Part shown: piece after piece, positions 1 through 10,010 of the stretch
Layout of the letters: every line of letters starts with the position of its first letter
Numbering within the stretch: the stretch's first letter is position 1
Assembly: GCA_945865695.1 (NCBI GenBank)
Contig: CAMBFX010000001.1
Location: forward strand, 3,660-67,659
Origin: Chryseobacterium gleum
GTDB taxonomy: Bacteria > Bacteroidota > Bacteroidia > Flavobacteriales_D > UBA2798
Direction of reading: 5' to 3'
DNA length: 64,000 nucleotides
Notes under the pieces: generated by a model
Told to the model about the DNA's origin: nothing
Seen by the model: the letters and a program-made list of their open reading frames with translations, nothing else
Databases searched by the model: none
Translations under genes and position numbers: made by a program

Positions 1-422
1 TTTTCTATTGGTAAAAAACCAAATTTTTCATACATTTTTATGGCTGAATTTAATTCAGGTGTGGTCTCTAAATAAATATTTTTATATCCCAATGCATTAG
101 CTGATCCTATGCATTTCTCAATCAATTTCCTTCCTATTCCAAAACCTCGATACTCTTTCAATAAATACATCTTTACTAATTCACAAGTATCATTTGTCAA
201 CCCATCTGTGGGATAAATTCCAGCTCCTCCAATTACCTTCTCACCATCCCTTGCAACCAAATAAATCATCCTTTCTCCTGTATAAAAAGAAAACATGTCA
301 TTTAAACAAGGGTCAAAATAAGCGGTTCCGGGACGATTGATTCCATGCTCTAGAAAGACAGTTTGAATCACTCTCTTTATTTCGGAATTATCAAGCTTAG
401 AAATTTTTTCTAGATGAATCAT
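1..422 (-). CDS. GNAT-family N-acetyltransferase; C-terminus runs off the left window edge
   Basis: Absent from the ORF track because no stop lies in the window. Own translation from ATG (minus) at 420-422: MIHLEKISKLDNSEIKRV...VKMYLLKEYRGFGIGRKLIEKC...LETTPELNSAIKMYEKFGF. The RGFGIGRKL loop is the GNAT acetyl-CoA motif. Confidence 0.6.
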   Translation of the reverse strand, partial: MIHLEKISKLDNSEIKRVIQTVFLEHGINRPGTAYFDPCLNDMFSFYTGERMIYLVARDGEKVIGGAGIYPTDGLTNDTCELVKMYLLKEYRGFGIGRKLIEKCIGSANALGYKNIYLETTPELNSAIKMYEKFGFLPIE

Positions 423-444
423 GTGTTTATCAAAACCTAAAAAA

Positions 445-2346
445 CTATTCAGCTTGCAATATCTCCCATTCAGCAAACAATTTTTCTAAATCAGATTTCT
501 TAGTATTATACTTTCCTAAAGTTTCTTCTGTTTTAATCTTATCCGAATAATCTAATACCGCAATTTTTTCTTCTAGATCAGCTATTTCCTTTTCTAATGA
601 ACTAATTTTATCTTCAATCATTCGAATTTTATTCTCGTTTTTCTTTTTGGCATTTACACTTACTGGTTCTACTACTACTTTCTTTTCTTCCTTTTTAACT
701 ACTGGTTTTTCAGCAACTAATTTTCCATGCTCTTTATCTTGTGCTTTTCTCATTTTTAAATATTCATCAATGTCAAAATGATGAATGGATAAATGATGGT
801 CTCTAATTTCAAAAATTCGATTAGAAATTCCATTGATAAAATCACGATCATGCGAAACAAGAATCATGGTGCCGTCATAAGATATCAAAGCTTTCTTTAA
901 AACATCTTTAGAAGCTAAATCCAAGTGATTGGTAGGCTCATCTAAAATCAAAAGATTACAAGGCACCAATAATAATTTACACAATGCTAACCTTGTTCTC
1001 TCTCCCCCAGATAAAACTTTTACTTTTTTATCTATCTCATCTCCGCCAAATAAAAAAGATCCTAAAATCGCTCTCACTTGTTTTCTAACATCACCCACAG
1101 CTACATGGTCGATGGTTTCAAAAACGGTTAACTCTTTATCCAGCATGTCGGCTGCTTCCTGTGGGAAATAGCCGATGTTTACATTATGTCCTAATTTAAA
1201 TTCACCCTCAAAACTTTCTACACCAGCAATAATTTTGGATAAGGTAGATTTACCTGCACCATTCTTACCAACAATCGCAATTTTCTCTTCCTTACCTATA
1301 TAAAAATCGATTTTATCAATGATAATTCTTGCTTCATATTGCTTGGTCAAATCATGACCTTCTGCAATCACCTTTCCTGAATGAGGAGCAGGTGGAAATT
1401 TAATTCTTACGTTACTGGTGTTAAATTCATCCACCTCTATTCGTTCAATCTTATCTAATTTTTTCATTAGAGATTGCGCCATCGATGCCTTACTCGCTTT
1501 TGCTCTGAACTTATCAATCAATTTTTCGGTTTGCTCAATATATTTTTCCTGATTCTTTTGCGCCTCTTTTTGTCTCTCAATTTCTTCACTTCTAATGGTT
1601 ACATACTTTGTATAATTCGCTCTATAATCATAAATCTGTCCACCACTAATTTCAATAGTGCGATTAGTAATATTATCTAGAAATCTTCTATCATGAGAAA
1701 TTAAAACAATAGTATTATTATGCACTTTCAAAAAATCTTCCAACCATTGAATAGATTCAATATCGAGGTGATTCGTTGGCTCATCTAATAAAAGTACTTC
1801 TGGTTGTTGCAATAATATTTTTGCTAATTCTACTCGCATCTGCCAACCGCCACTAAATTCTCCTAACAAACGATCAAAATCACTTCGAACAAAACCTAGT
1901 CCAAATAATATTTTCTCCACTCTTTCTTCTACTTGAGATCCGCCCATAATATTTTCTCTTTCAGAAAGAGAGGCCAACTCCTCGGCTAATTCCATGTATT
2001 GATCATCCGAAAAACCAGTAGCCGTTTCTAATTCATTATTGATTTGTTCGATTCGTTCTTTGATTTTTACGAGTTCTTTCAATGACGACATCGTTTCATT
2101 TTTCACCGTTTCTTCAACGTGATGTTCCATTTCTTGTGGTAAATACCCAATAACAGTTCCTCGGGCAACAGCAACTTGTCCAGTATCTGCGTTCTGCAAA
2201 CCAGAAATTACTTTTAATAAGGTTGATTTTCCTGCACCGTTCTTACCAACTAATCCGATACGATCATTTTTACCTGCCATGAATGAAATCTCATCAAACA
2301 AAGCTCTTTCGCCAAATCTAAGCGTCAATTTATTTACTGAAAACAT
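445..2346 (-). CDS. ABC-F family ATPase (two ABC domains, no transmembrane domain, C-terminal coiled coil)
   Basis: Two Walker A motifs (GKNGAGKSTLLK, GKNGAGKSTLSK), two signature motifs (LSGGWQMR, LSGGERTR), an inter-domain linker and a K/E-rich tail. Confidence 0.9.
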   Translation of the reverse strand: MFSVNKLTLRFGERALFDEISFMAGKNDRIGLVGKNGAGKSTLLKVISGLQNADTGQVAVARGTVIGYLPQEMEHHVEETVKNETMSSLKELVKIKERIEQINNELETATGFSDDQYMELAEELASLSERENIMGGSQVEERVEKILFGLGFVRSDFDRLLGEFSGGWQMRVELAKILLQQPEVLLLDEPTNHLDIESIQWLEDFLKVHNNTIVLISHDRRFLDNITNRTIEISGGQIYDYRANYTKYVTIRSEEIERQKEAQKNQEKYIEQTEKLIDKFRAKASKASMAQSLMKKLDKIERIEVDEFNTSNVRIKFPPAPHSGKVIAEGHDLTKQYEARIIIDKIDFYIGKEEKIAIVGKNGAGKSTLSKIIAGVESFEGEFKLGHNVNIGYFPQEAADMLDKELTVFETIDHVAVGDVRKQVRAILGSFLFGGDEIDKKVKVLSGGERTRLALCKLLLVPCNLLILDEPTNHLDLASKDVLKKALISYDGTMILVSHDRDFINGISNRIFEIRDHHLSIHHFDIDEYLKMRKAQDKEHGKLVAEKPVVKKEEKKVVVEPVSVNAKKKNENKIRMIEDKISSLEKEIADLEEKIAVLDYSDKIKTEETLGKYNTKKSDLEKLFAEWEILQAE

Positions 2347-2462
2347 TTTGCAAAGTTGGCAATAATAATTGAGAAAAAATCATGTCATATATTACTAATA
2401 CAAATTTTGATTTAGATAAAAATCAGATTTCATAAATAAGAATAACAAGATTTTCTAATTAT

Positions 2463-2490
2463 AAAAAAAGCCCCGTATTTCTACGAGGCT
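2463..2490 (-). terminator. Intrinsic terminator after gldN
   Basis: Minus-strand RNA AGCCUCGUA-GAAA-UACGGGGCU forms a 9-bp stem with one G-U pair and a GAAA tetraloop, followed by a U-run. It lies 22 nt after the gldN stop. Confidence 0.7.
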
Positions 2491-2511
2491 TTCTAATTAT
2501 AAAATTCAATT

Positions 2512-3474
2512 CTAGAATTCCCAAACATCATGCTCAAGTTCCATCATTTCCTTTTTGATTTTCTCAGATTCTAACAAGGCATCAATACCAGAAGTATAAT
2601 CATTGATTTGACGATCAGAAATAGACGATTCTTTAGTGATATAACTTGAGAAGGTGCGTTTCCAAAATAAGTCATCAAATGACATACGTTGTGCATCGTT
2701 CTTTCTATTGTACACAAAATAGTTTTGAATAATCGGTCGAATTTGCGGGAAGTATAACCAGAATAAATTTTTAGTTCCTTCTACCTGTTTGGTATTTGCA
2801 TTAAGATAATACACAACTGGGGCAATTCCAATAATTCTCACATCCATTACTGAACGTTGTTTATCAAAGAACCAGTCTTCCTTCAAATCCCATGCAACGA
2901 TATCCTTAGCGGCTATTGAATCGATTACCCACGTTGCTCTATCTTGCATTTTCAAAACAAGACCTGCTGAATCAACTGCAGGATACCAAGTGTTAACGTC
3001 AGTAGGGTCAGGTTTTATAATAGAATCCGGCTTTGTAATCATCTTCAAACTTTCATCTAATAAATCCTTATACTTAGCTGCATTTGTGTTATCAATTGGG
3101 TACTTGAATTGATCTCCATCATCCGGTAATTGTTTTAAACCTCTAGTAAAGCTTGTCGCTTCATAAACCGTAATTAAATCTTTGTTGTTATAGATATTAT
3201 ATACCAACAAATCCCAAAGACACATACGGTCGTCACTAATAGGCTCAATTGGATAGTAGAGAGGGAAATTCATTTTTTCACGAAGATCTATTCTTCGCCA
3301 AACACGCTTCTCCCACAACACATCAGCTTCTCTCAAGTAAGTGTATTTAATCATTTGCTTAGTAGGAATGTGTTCCTTGATATAAGCACCGTTTATTACA
3401 CCTTGCGCTTTGACTGAAGACCCCGGTATAACAACTACCAGAATCAAAATGAAAACTAAAATTAACTTCCTCAT
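2512..3474 (-). CDS. gldN: Gliding motility / T9SS protein GldN (PorN family)
   Basis: Signal peptide present. WRRIDLREKMN-type motif recalled from GldN. Last gene of the gldK-L-M-N series. Confidence 0.8.
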   Translation of the reverse strand: MRKLILVFILILVVVIPGSSVKAQGVINGAYIKEHIPTKQMIKYTYLREADVLWEKRVWRRIDLREKMNFPLYYPIEPISDDRMCLWDLLVYNIYNNKDLITVYEATSFTRGLKQLPDDGDQFKYPIDNTNAAKYKDLLDESLKMITKPDSIIKPDPTDVNTWYPAVDSAGLVLKMQDRATWVIDSIAAKDIVAWDLKEDWFFDKQRSVMDVRIIGIAPVVYYLNANTKQVEGTKNLFWLYFPQIRPIIQNYFVYNRKNDAQRMSFDDLFWKRTFSSYITKESSISDRQINDYTSGIDALLESEKIKKEMMELEHDVWEF

Positions 3475-3505
3475 ATACTTTTTATTTATCTATACTATAT
3501 AAACG

Positions 3506-5236
3506 TTATTGAAGCGTAAAAGATACAGGTGGACCCGGCATATTTCCTGCTGGACCACTAATTCTGATGTTCTTAAACGTAATTGTTTGCCCAACACTCA
3601 TTGCTTTTACAATTGTAAGCTGCTCTGGGGTTAACTTGCTTGAACTACTGCTAAACTTCTTTTCAGTTCCCTTATAAGATACCACCATTTCGAATCCATT
3701 AACACCGAATTTGATATTAAGTGGAATACTTGCATCATAACCAGCAGATAAACCTCCTGATAATAATTCTGTTTTCTTGATTGAAGAGGCAGTATTAGGC
3801 GTTTGGTTAAAATATACATTAGGGGTAGGAAGTCTTCTTACTTTGAATTTGAAAGCTCCAAGTGATTTAGATCCTGTACCTGTTTTTCCACTCACACTTA
3901 ATTCAATTTCTTTACCTATCAATGAAATATTGGTTGGAGTAACTGAATAATAGTCTGCCTTCTTACTTACACTAACACTTCCAGAAGTTAAACTCACTTT
4001 ATCAGGCGGGAAACCAGAAGCAGTTGCTTTTAACTTATTATCGTAATTCATGTAAAGTACATTCATTTCTATGTTTCCGATGGCAGCTGTTGGCTCACCT
4101 ACTTCATACATAAATTTCCAAGGCTTCCATTTAGTTTCACCTTTTTCTTTTATACCAATTACTCCTCTAACAAAATGCTCTCCTGAGCCTTTGCCTTCCA
4201 ATTTGATTTTACCTTTAATCTCTTTCCAGTTTGCCTCATTTGTAGTATCAGCATCAATACCATACTTAATTGTAGGGATTTCTGTAGAGTCATAAGCAGC
4301 AATCATTACACTTAGGCTTAAAGAATCACCCATGTTCATGTAATTTGATTTAGCAAATGCTAGAGGTTCGATTTTATTAAATTTAAAAGCTGGCACGTTT
4401 ACTTTAGCCAATAATATTTCGATTGCCTTAACCTCAGCATTTCGAATATCACATGATAAAGCGGTGAACAATGCAGATGCAGCCACCACTGGAGCGTGGT
4501 CAAACATTCCTAATTGCCAATCAACTTCCTCTTCAAAATCTTTCAATTTTTCAGGGATGGTTAGCATTTTGTAAATAGCTTCAACTTTATCTCTGTCTTC
4601 AATGAAAACATTTTTTTGAAGCTCTGCTCTTAATTCTTTGATCATTCCTTCAGGATCTGTTGATTTAACGTTTTTAGCATTAAATTTATAACTTTTCTTC
4701 CCATCATTATATACAGTAACAAACTCTACGAGATCATCCCTATACTTCATGATCTTTTCACGAATCTCGGCTCCTTTAGCGTGCCCAGGAGTTCCTGGTT
4801 CACCACCAAATAAGCGAGTAGCTGCATCATAATTGTCTTTTTGTTCGATTTCCATTGGGCTAATGGTTATGAATCTTTTGGTTTTTTCGTCCACAGATAC
4901 ATAATCCTTTTTTTCAACATCTTTAATCAATACATTCTTACAATCAAGATTTAAAAATTTATCCATCTCATAAGCCATTTTCATCACCTTTTCAGCTTTT
5001 TCCTGCCAAGGTTTTACTTGTTTCTTATTTGCCGGCACTGCCATCATAGCGTCAAATTGACCCATTAATGCATCACGGTTATTTAGGATAATAATATTAC
5101 TTTCCATAAGTTTAACATCAAGCTTTGCGAAAGCGTTGATAATCTCTTTGGAAACGTTAAGAGCAAGAAGAGCGGTGAGTACAAGGTACATCATACCGAT
5201 CATCTTCTGTCTGGGTGTTTCTTTACCACCTGCCAT
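3506..5236 (-). CDS. gldM: Gliding motility / T9SS motor protein GldM (PorM family)
   Basis: N-terminus MAGGKETPRQKMIGMMYLVLTALLALNVSKEIINAF closely matches the GldM N-terminal TM helix as I recall it. Follows gldL. Confidence 0.9.
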   Translation of the reverse strand: MAGGKETPRQKMIGMMYLVLTALLALNVSKEIINAFAKLDVKLMESNIIILNNRDALMGQFDAMMAVPANKKQVKPWQEKAEKVMKMAYEMDKFLNLDCKNVLIKDVEKKDYVSVDEKTKRFITISPMEIEQKDNYDAATRLFGGEPGTPGHAKGAEIREKIMKYRDDLVEFVTVYNDGKKSYKFNAKNVKSTDPEGMIKELRAELQKNVFIEDRDKVEAIYKMLTIPEKLKDFEEEVDWQLGMFDHAPVVAASALFTALSCDIRNAEVKAIEILLAKVNVPAFKFNKIEPLAFAKSNYMNMGDSLSLSVMIAAYDSTEIPTIKYGIDADTTNEANWKEIKGKIKLEGKGSGEHFVRGVIGIKEKGETKWKPWKFMYEVGEPTAAIGNIEMNVLYMNYDNKLKATASGFPPDKVSLTSGSVSVSKKADYYSVTPTNISLIGKEIELSVSGKTGTGSKSLGAFKFKVRRLPTPNVYFNQTPNTASSIKKTELLSGGLSAGYDASIPLNIKFGVNGFEMVVSYKGTEKKFSSSSSKLTPEQLTIVKAMSVGQTITFKNIRISGPAGNMPGPPVSFTLQ

Positions 5237-5289
5237 AGTGAATTATGTTTTTTTAAGTTTAAACGATAATGAATAAATTCACTCTTGTA

Positions 5290-6105
5290 TTAACCGCGGT
5301 TCCCCACGTTTACATTCATAGCAGCAAGCATGTTGCCATAAATAGTATTAAGAGCAGAAAGGTTGCGTGACAATTCAGACATGCTTTCCTTGTACTTCTT
5401 AGTATCATCAAGTGAAGAGTGGAGATTATCCATCAATTCATTAATTCCACCATAAAGTTTAGAAGAAGCTTCCAAATGTTGAGAAGCACCTTTTAACTGT
5501 AACTCATAAATATTATTTAGTGACGATAAGTTATCAGAAACCTTAACCATACTTTCTCCTAATGAAGCACCACCTGATTGCGCATCAGCGATACCTAACA
5601 TAGTAGCAGAAGCTTTTGAATAAGCATCCGTTAAACCATTCACTTTTGATGAAGCAGATTTCATTGCATCTACATATTCGTTAGTTGCAAATGATGCATT
5701 TGATACATCACCGATTTTATTACTTGCATCAGAAAGATTCTTTAAACCTTCACCTAAACTTTTTAGCATTTCAGGTTCGATTTTAGCATCTTCTAACATT
5801 TTGTCTAAAGATTCAGTTACTGATTCATTGTCATGACTTTTGCTATCGATAGCATGTGGATCAAAATCATCTGCATGAGCTAATGCTAATTCTGGATAAA
5901 CTAATTCCCACTTCGGATCTTCATGTATCGGTTCGAATGCCGAGAAAATAAAGATTACCGCCTCTGTTGAAAGTCCAATTACAAGCATTGGTCCAGCTCC
6001 TGGCCAGTGCATAATCTTAAACATCGCTCCGATAATTACTACTGCTGCACCAAAACCGTAAAGTTTGGCCATAAAAAGTTTCCATTTCTTGCTTCCTGGT
6101 TTCAT
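5290..6105 (-). CDS. gldL: Gliding motility / T9SS motor protein GldL (PorL family)
   Basis: Two N-terminal TM helices: YGFGAAVVIIGAMFKIMHWPGAG...GLSTEAVIFIFSAFEP. This is the GldL signature. Lies between gldK and gldM. Confidence 0.9.
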   Translation of the reverse strand: MKPGSKKWKLFMAKLYGFGAAVVIIGAMFKIMHWPGAGPMLVIGLSTEAVIFIFSAFEPIHEDPKWELVYPELALAHADDFDPHAIDSKSHDNESVTESLDKMLEDAKIEPEMLKSLGEGLKNLSDASNKIGDVSNASFATNEYVDAMKSASSKVNGLTDAYSKASATMLGIADAQSGGASLGESMVKVSDNLSSLNNIYELQLKGASQHLEASSKLYGGINELMDNLHSSLDDTKKYKESMSELSRNLSALNTIYGNMLAAMNVNVGNRG

Positions 6106-6164
6106 AGATTTCTTGCTTTAATTGGTTTTATTTTATTTGGTTTGTTTGTTCGAAAACTTTTTTA

Positions 6165-7631
6165 CTAACGGAAATACGTTCCTCCGTCACCATCTTGATC
6201 TGGACCTCCACGCCCCATGTAGGTCATTACACAACGGTATCCGATATAACTTTTAGCTGTATCCTGATATTCATAACAACGAGTTCCTGTTTGCAGATAA
6301 TAGCTAATATCCTTCCATGATCCACCACGAATCACTTTACGTTTTTGTGCTGGCATATCTGTATCCAGTGCATTGTATCTATATTCAGGATTTAAATCAT
6401 GCGAGAATTCATATACAGATTCATCGTAAGCTGTTTCGCACCATTCTGCAACGTTTCCAGCCATGCAATATAATCCATAATCATTCGGATGATACGAGTT
6501 TACTTTCACTGCATGGAAACCACCATCTTCCATATATCGACCACGCATTGGCTTAAAGTTACCAAGTATACAACCATGAATATTTCTGATGTATGGACCA
6601 CCCCATGGGTATGGACTTCCATCTAAACCACCACGAGCGGCATATTCCCATTCGGCTTCTGATGGTAAACGAAATTCTTCAACTATTGGCTCTCCGTTTG
6701 AAGCTAAATAGGTATTCATCAACATAGTTCTCCACACACAGAATGCTCTTGCTTGTTGCCAAGTTACACCTACAACAGGATATTCATCGTAGGCTTCGTG
6801 CCAAAAATAATTTCTAGTCATTGGATCATTAAAAGAATAGGTAAAATCATGAATCCAACAAAGTGTATCTGGGTAAACATGAATTTTATCTCTAATGATA
6901 AATCTTGATCTATCGGTATGAGAACGAATCGCATGATTTTGTCCTTTACGATTGTTTTCATTACTTAAATTTAAGTCTCGACCCACAGGGTCACCATTTT
7001 TTAAAGTATCCTCAGGATATAAATTTCGGTGATCAAAATTGGGGTCATTAAATCCATCTTCACGAATAACCAATCGACCTTTATCTGCAGCAGCTAACCA
7101 GTCGAACCACATGTAACTAAAAATTAGTTTACGCGGATCAAACTGACGTTGCCAATAAAACTTCTCATGATCTGGAAAATACATTTGAGAAAGTGTTGGC
7201 ATCAAATCTGGGTCATAATAGCGGAATTTTATACCCCAATCGATATTCCAATCTGGATCTGGACGCTCTTCACCATTATCATCATAAGTTGGATATGTCC
7301 ACTCTGCTGGTTCATTTTGGGCTAAAAGCCTTCTTGCTGTAGAGTCACGAACATAATAAACAAACTGACGATATTCATTATTTGTAATTTCGGTGTTATC
7401 CATAAAAAACGCCTGAACAGAAACCGTTTTGGTTCTGTTATAATGCGCCCAAGGAACATCCTGATCGCTGGCGCCCATGTTATAGCCACCAGAAGGAATG
7501 TACATCATACCATAAGGCGTATTGTGGTAAAAAGGCCTCCTACCTCTTGCACCAACCAACTCATAATCTGACCCTTCGGGACAACCCATTAGGACAAATG
7601 ATGTCAATCCAATAAACAACAACTTTTTCAT
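6165..7631 (-). CDS. gldK: Gliding motility lipoprotein GldK (PorK; FGE/SUMF1-like fold)
   Basis: Lipoprotein signal MKKLLFIGLTSFVLMGC at the internal Met (ATG 7629-7631). The 17-codon extension in the ORF track is unlikely to be real. FGE-sulfatase-like motifs are present (RGGSW, GYRCV). Confidence 0.85.
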   Translation of the reverse strand: MKKLLFIGLTSFVLMGCPEGSDYELVGARGRRPFYHNTPYGMMYIPSGGYNMGASDQDVPWAHYNRTKTVSVQAFFMDNTEITNNEYRQFVYYVRDSTARRLLAQNEPAEWTYPTYDDNGEERPDPDWNIDWGIKFRYYDPDLMPTLSQMYFPDHEKFYWQRQFDPRKLIFSYMWFDWLAAADKGRLVIREDGFNDPNFDHRNLYPEDTLKNGDPVGRDLNLSNENNRKGQNHAIRSHTDRSRFIIRDKIHVYPDTLCWIHDFTYSFNDPMTRNYFWHEAYDEYPVVGVTWQQARAFCVWRTMLMNTYLASNGEPIVEEFRLPSEAEWEYAARGGLDGSPYPWGGPYIRNIHGCILGNFKPMRGRYMEDGGFHAVKVNSYHPNDYGLYCMAGNVAEWCETAYDESVYEFSHDLNPEYRYNALDTDMPAQKRKVIRGGSWKDISYYLQTGTRCYEYQDTAKSYIGYRCVMTYMGRGGPDQDGDGGTYFR

Positions 7632-7737
7632 GCTACCTCCTTTTATAATACTACACTTCATTATGAACTCTTGCATGTTCATAAACCTGTGATTTGATTT
7701 TAACGCAGAATTTTTGATTGGGTTACAATTTTAAAAT

Positions 7738-8688
7738 TTATAAGAATCTTACCGTTTTCTTTTTCGAAATTTTTGGAACTGGATCAAGGCTAAAGCAATA
7801 ATTCAACATGATTTCATGTGAACCAGCACTATAATCCTTTATTTCAGAAGTGGTTAAATCATAAGAATAACCAATTTTAATCATTCCTTTTCCAACAACT
7901 TGCTGATAACCTAATATTGGAGAAATTGCGTCTTGAAGACGATAACCTAATCCAAACCAAACCATATTCTTCCACATACCACGAATTGAAATATCAACTT
8001 GGGTTGAAGCTGCATCAGATTTCATCAGTAAAGTAGGTTTAAGCATCCAATCTCCTGAACCAGGCAGAGTCCAATTATAACCAGCAACAACATAATAGTG
8101 ACGTTTATTCAAGTAACCTAAATCAGAAAGATCTGACTCGGTTAAATGCGTAGAAGATAAACCAACATAATAATTAGGCCCAGCATAATATAATCCTAAA
8201 CTTAAATCATAAGTAGTTTGAGAAACTGCATTATCAGGAATTGCATTATCAGTTGTAATTGAGCCAACTCCATCTGGTGGCAACCAGTTAAATGCTAAAC
8301 TTTTACTTACCATTCCACCAGCAATACCAATACCAAGAGTTCCTCCTGTAGGTAAACCTAAATGAAAAGAGTAGGATCCTCTCGCATATGTATCATTAAA
8401 TTGACCTAATTTATCTTTAAAAACAGATAAACCAAGACCACCACGTAATGCTTTTACAGGGCCATGAACATTCAACAACATAGTTTGTGGTGAGCCATCA
8501 AAACCTGACCATTGCTGACGGAAAAATGCCGTTGCACAAATTTTGCCATCAATTCCAGCAAATCCAGGATTGAAAGACAAGCGATCATACATATATTGAG
8601 TGAACTGAAAATCCTGTTGTGAAAAGGCGGAAACGCCAATGAACAGGGATGAAATTGAGAGTATAATTTTTCTCATAAATCGACTCAA
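7738..8688 (-). CDS. T9SS membrane protein, PorP/SprF family
   Basis: Signal peptide, then QQDFQFTQYMYDRLSFNPGFAG, the PorP/SprF N-terminal motif, and a beta-barrel-like remainder. Sits directly upstream of gldK, as porP does in Porphyromonas. Confidence 0.85.
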   Translation of the reverse strand: MSRFMRKIILSISSLFIGVSAFSQQDFQFTQYMYDRLSFNPGFAGIDGKICATAFFRQQWSGFDGSPQTMLLNVHGPVKALRGGLGLSVFKDKLGQFNDTYARGSYSFHLGLPTGGTLGIGIAGGMVSKSLAFNWLPPDGVGSITTDNAIPDNAVSQTTYDLSLGLYYAGPNYYVGLSSTHLTESDLSDLGYLNKRHYYVVAGYNWTLPGSGDWMLKPTLLMKSDAASTQVDISIRGMWKNMVWFGLGYRLQDAISPILGYQQVVGKGMIKIGYSYDLTTSEIKDYSAGSHEIMLNYCFSLDPVPKISKKKTVRFL

Positions 8689-8706
8689 AAATGGTTAATT
8701 TTTTTA

Positions 8707-8735
8707 CAAAAATATCCTTGGGACACTATCCCAAA
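8707..8735 (-). promoter_or_regulatory. Candidate Bacteroidota promoter for the porP-gldKLMN operon
   Basis: Minus-strand TATTTTTG (-7 box TAnnTTTG, 8707-8714) and TTTG (-33, 8732-8735) with a 17-nt spacer. About 19 nt upstream of the ATG at 8688. Confidence 0.4.
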
Positions 8736-8843
8736 TCTTGGCTAAGTTAATCAAAAACTAAATTGGAAAAATTTTTGGTTGAGATTTTAACGATTTTCCG
8801 AATTTTAAAAAGTTCATTGGAGAACAAGTTATCTGTTAATCAA

Positions 8844-10010
8844 CTAACTAAGCTTTTGAAAAGTCTTCCACCAAAGGTCAGGCATTTCATTCTTCATAGC
8901 TTGTTGGTAGTCTTTGTAGCTACAAGGTACTAAGTGATGACGTTCAAATTTCAATCTTTTATCGGGAGGGTATGGAACATCCATCCACCATCGATCAGTT
9001 TTATTGCTTTTAAAGAAAACAATTTCATGTCCAGGCTCGGTAATATTTACACGATACATAGTATGTTCTTTCTTGGTTGCAGATGGAGTGTCCTTTTTTC
9101 GATTGTAAAAACCATCAATAAAATACCAAGCCATTTGACCGGCTAAATGTGAAGTATGTCCTCTTTTATCCATTTCAGGATTCACTTCATAAATTCCGAA
9201 TGAAGAAACCTTATCACTCATTCCTGAATAACGAGCAAGTTGACATGCTTCTTCTCCAAATAATCCATTTGGGGTTGCGTTTTTATTTCCGTGAGCATCG
9301 GATGCTCGAATGGCGGAAATATCAAAACTTACTATATCTGCATTACGAATTAAGGGTTCTGCCCATGAGATATCCTCCCTTAATTGGCCTAATCGCAAGG
9401 TATCAAAAAATAATTTATCCATCAATTCGATGGATTTTATATCTGCATGGTGAGATTGAAAACCGATGTTAGCGTAATTGAAAAGGAAATTAGGTTGATG
9501 TAAAATTATTTTGCTTAAATAAGATTGTGAATGTAAATCTGCATCTACTTCTCCTAAATCAAATCGAGGATCAATGGTTGCAATATTTATAGTTGTTTCA
9601 ACTTTTTCGTAGGCACGATAATTCGCATAAGTGAAATCTTGTCCGCCTCCGAGTATAAGAACGACTATTTTATTTTTAATCAATTCGGAAATGGCAGAAG
9701 AGACAGCAAAATAAGTATCTTCTTTTGTTGCTCCTTTTTTAATATTTCCTAAATCTGCAATTTTATATTTATGAGAGCCTTTAGCTAATGAATATAAATA
9801 TTTTCTGATTTCATCTGGGGCATTTGAACAACCTGAATTATTGATAGCAGCAGAATCATCCATAATGCCAATGATGGCAATTTCTGTGTTTTTAAAATCC
9901 AGTTCCTCGCCTTTATCTATAAAAAATACAGAATTCCCAATTACCTGATTGAGGGGGTCCTCACTTCGGATAAAAGATTTATAAGGTTCAAAAAAAATGG
10001 AAATATCCAT
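8844..10010 (-). CDS. Arginase/formiminoglutamase-family (ureohydrolase-fold) protein
   Basis: Family-level impression from the ILGGGQDFTYANY, DPRFDLG and SFDISAIR segments. Its start overlaps the topA stop (TAATG). Confidence 0.55.
   Translation of the reverse strand: MDISIFFEPYKSFIRSEDPLNQVIGNSVFFIDKGEELDFKNTEIAIIGIMDDSAAINNSGCSNAPDEIRKYLYSLAKGSHKYKIADLGNIKKGATKEDTYFAVSSAISELIKNKIVVLILGGGQDFTYANYRAYEKVETTINIATIDPRFDLGEVDADLHSQSYLSKIILHQPNFLFNYANIGFQSHHADIKSIELMDKLFFDTLRLGQLREDISWAEPLIRNADIVSFDISAIRASDAHGNKNATPNGLFGEEACQLARYSGMSDKVSSFGIYEVNPEMDKRGHTSHLAGQMAWYFIDGFYNRKKDTPSATKKEHTMYRVNITEPGHEIVFFKSNKTDRWWMDVPYPPDKRLKFERHHLVPCSYKDYQQAMKNEMPDLWWKTFQKLS

Noticed and set aside
7632-7682. N-terminal extensions in the ORF track for gldK, and likewise groES (17533-17586), miaB (12651-12683), topA (12473-12484) and ftsA (26593-26613)
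   Set aside because: Internal Met codons give the expected lipoprotein signal or conserved N-termini. For miaB the extension also contains the likely -7 promoter box.
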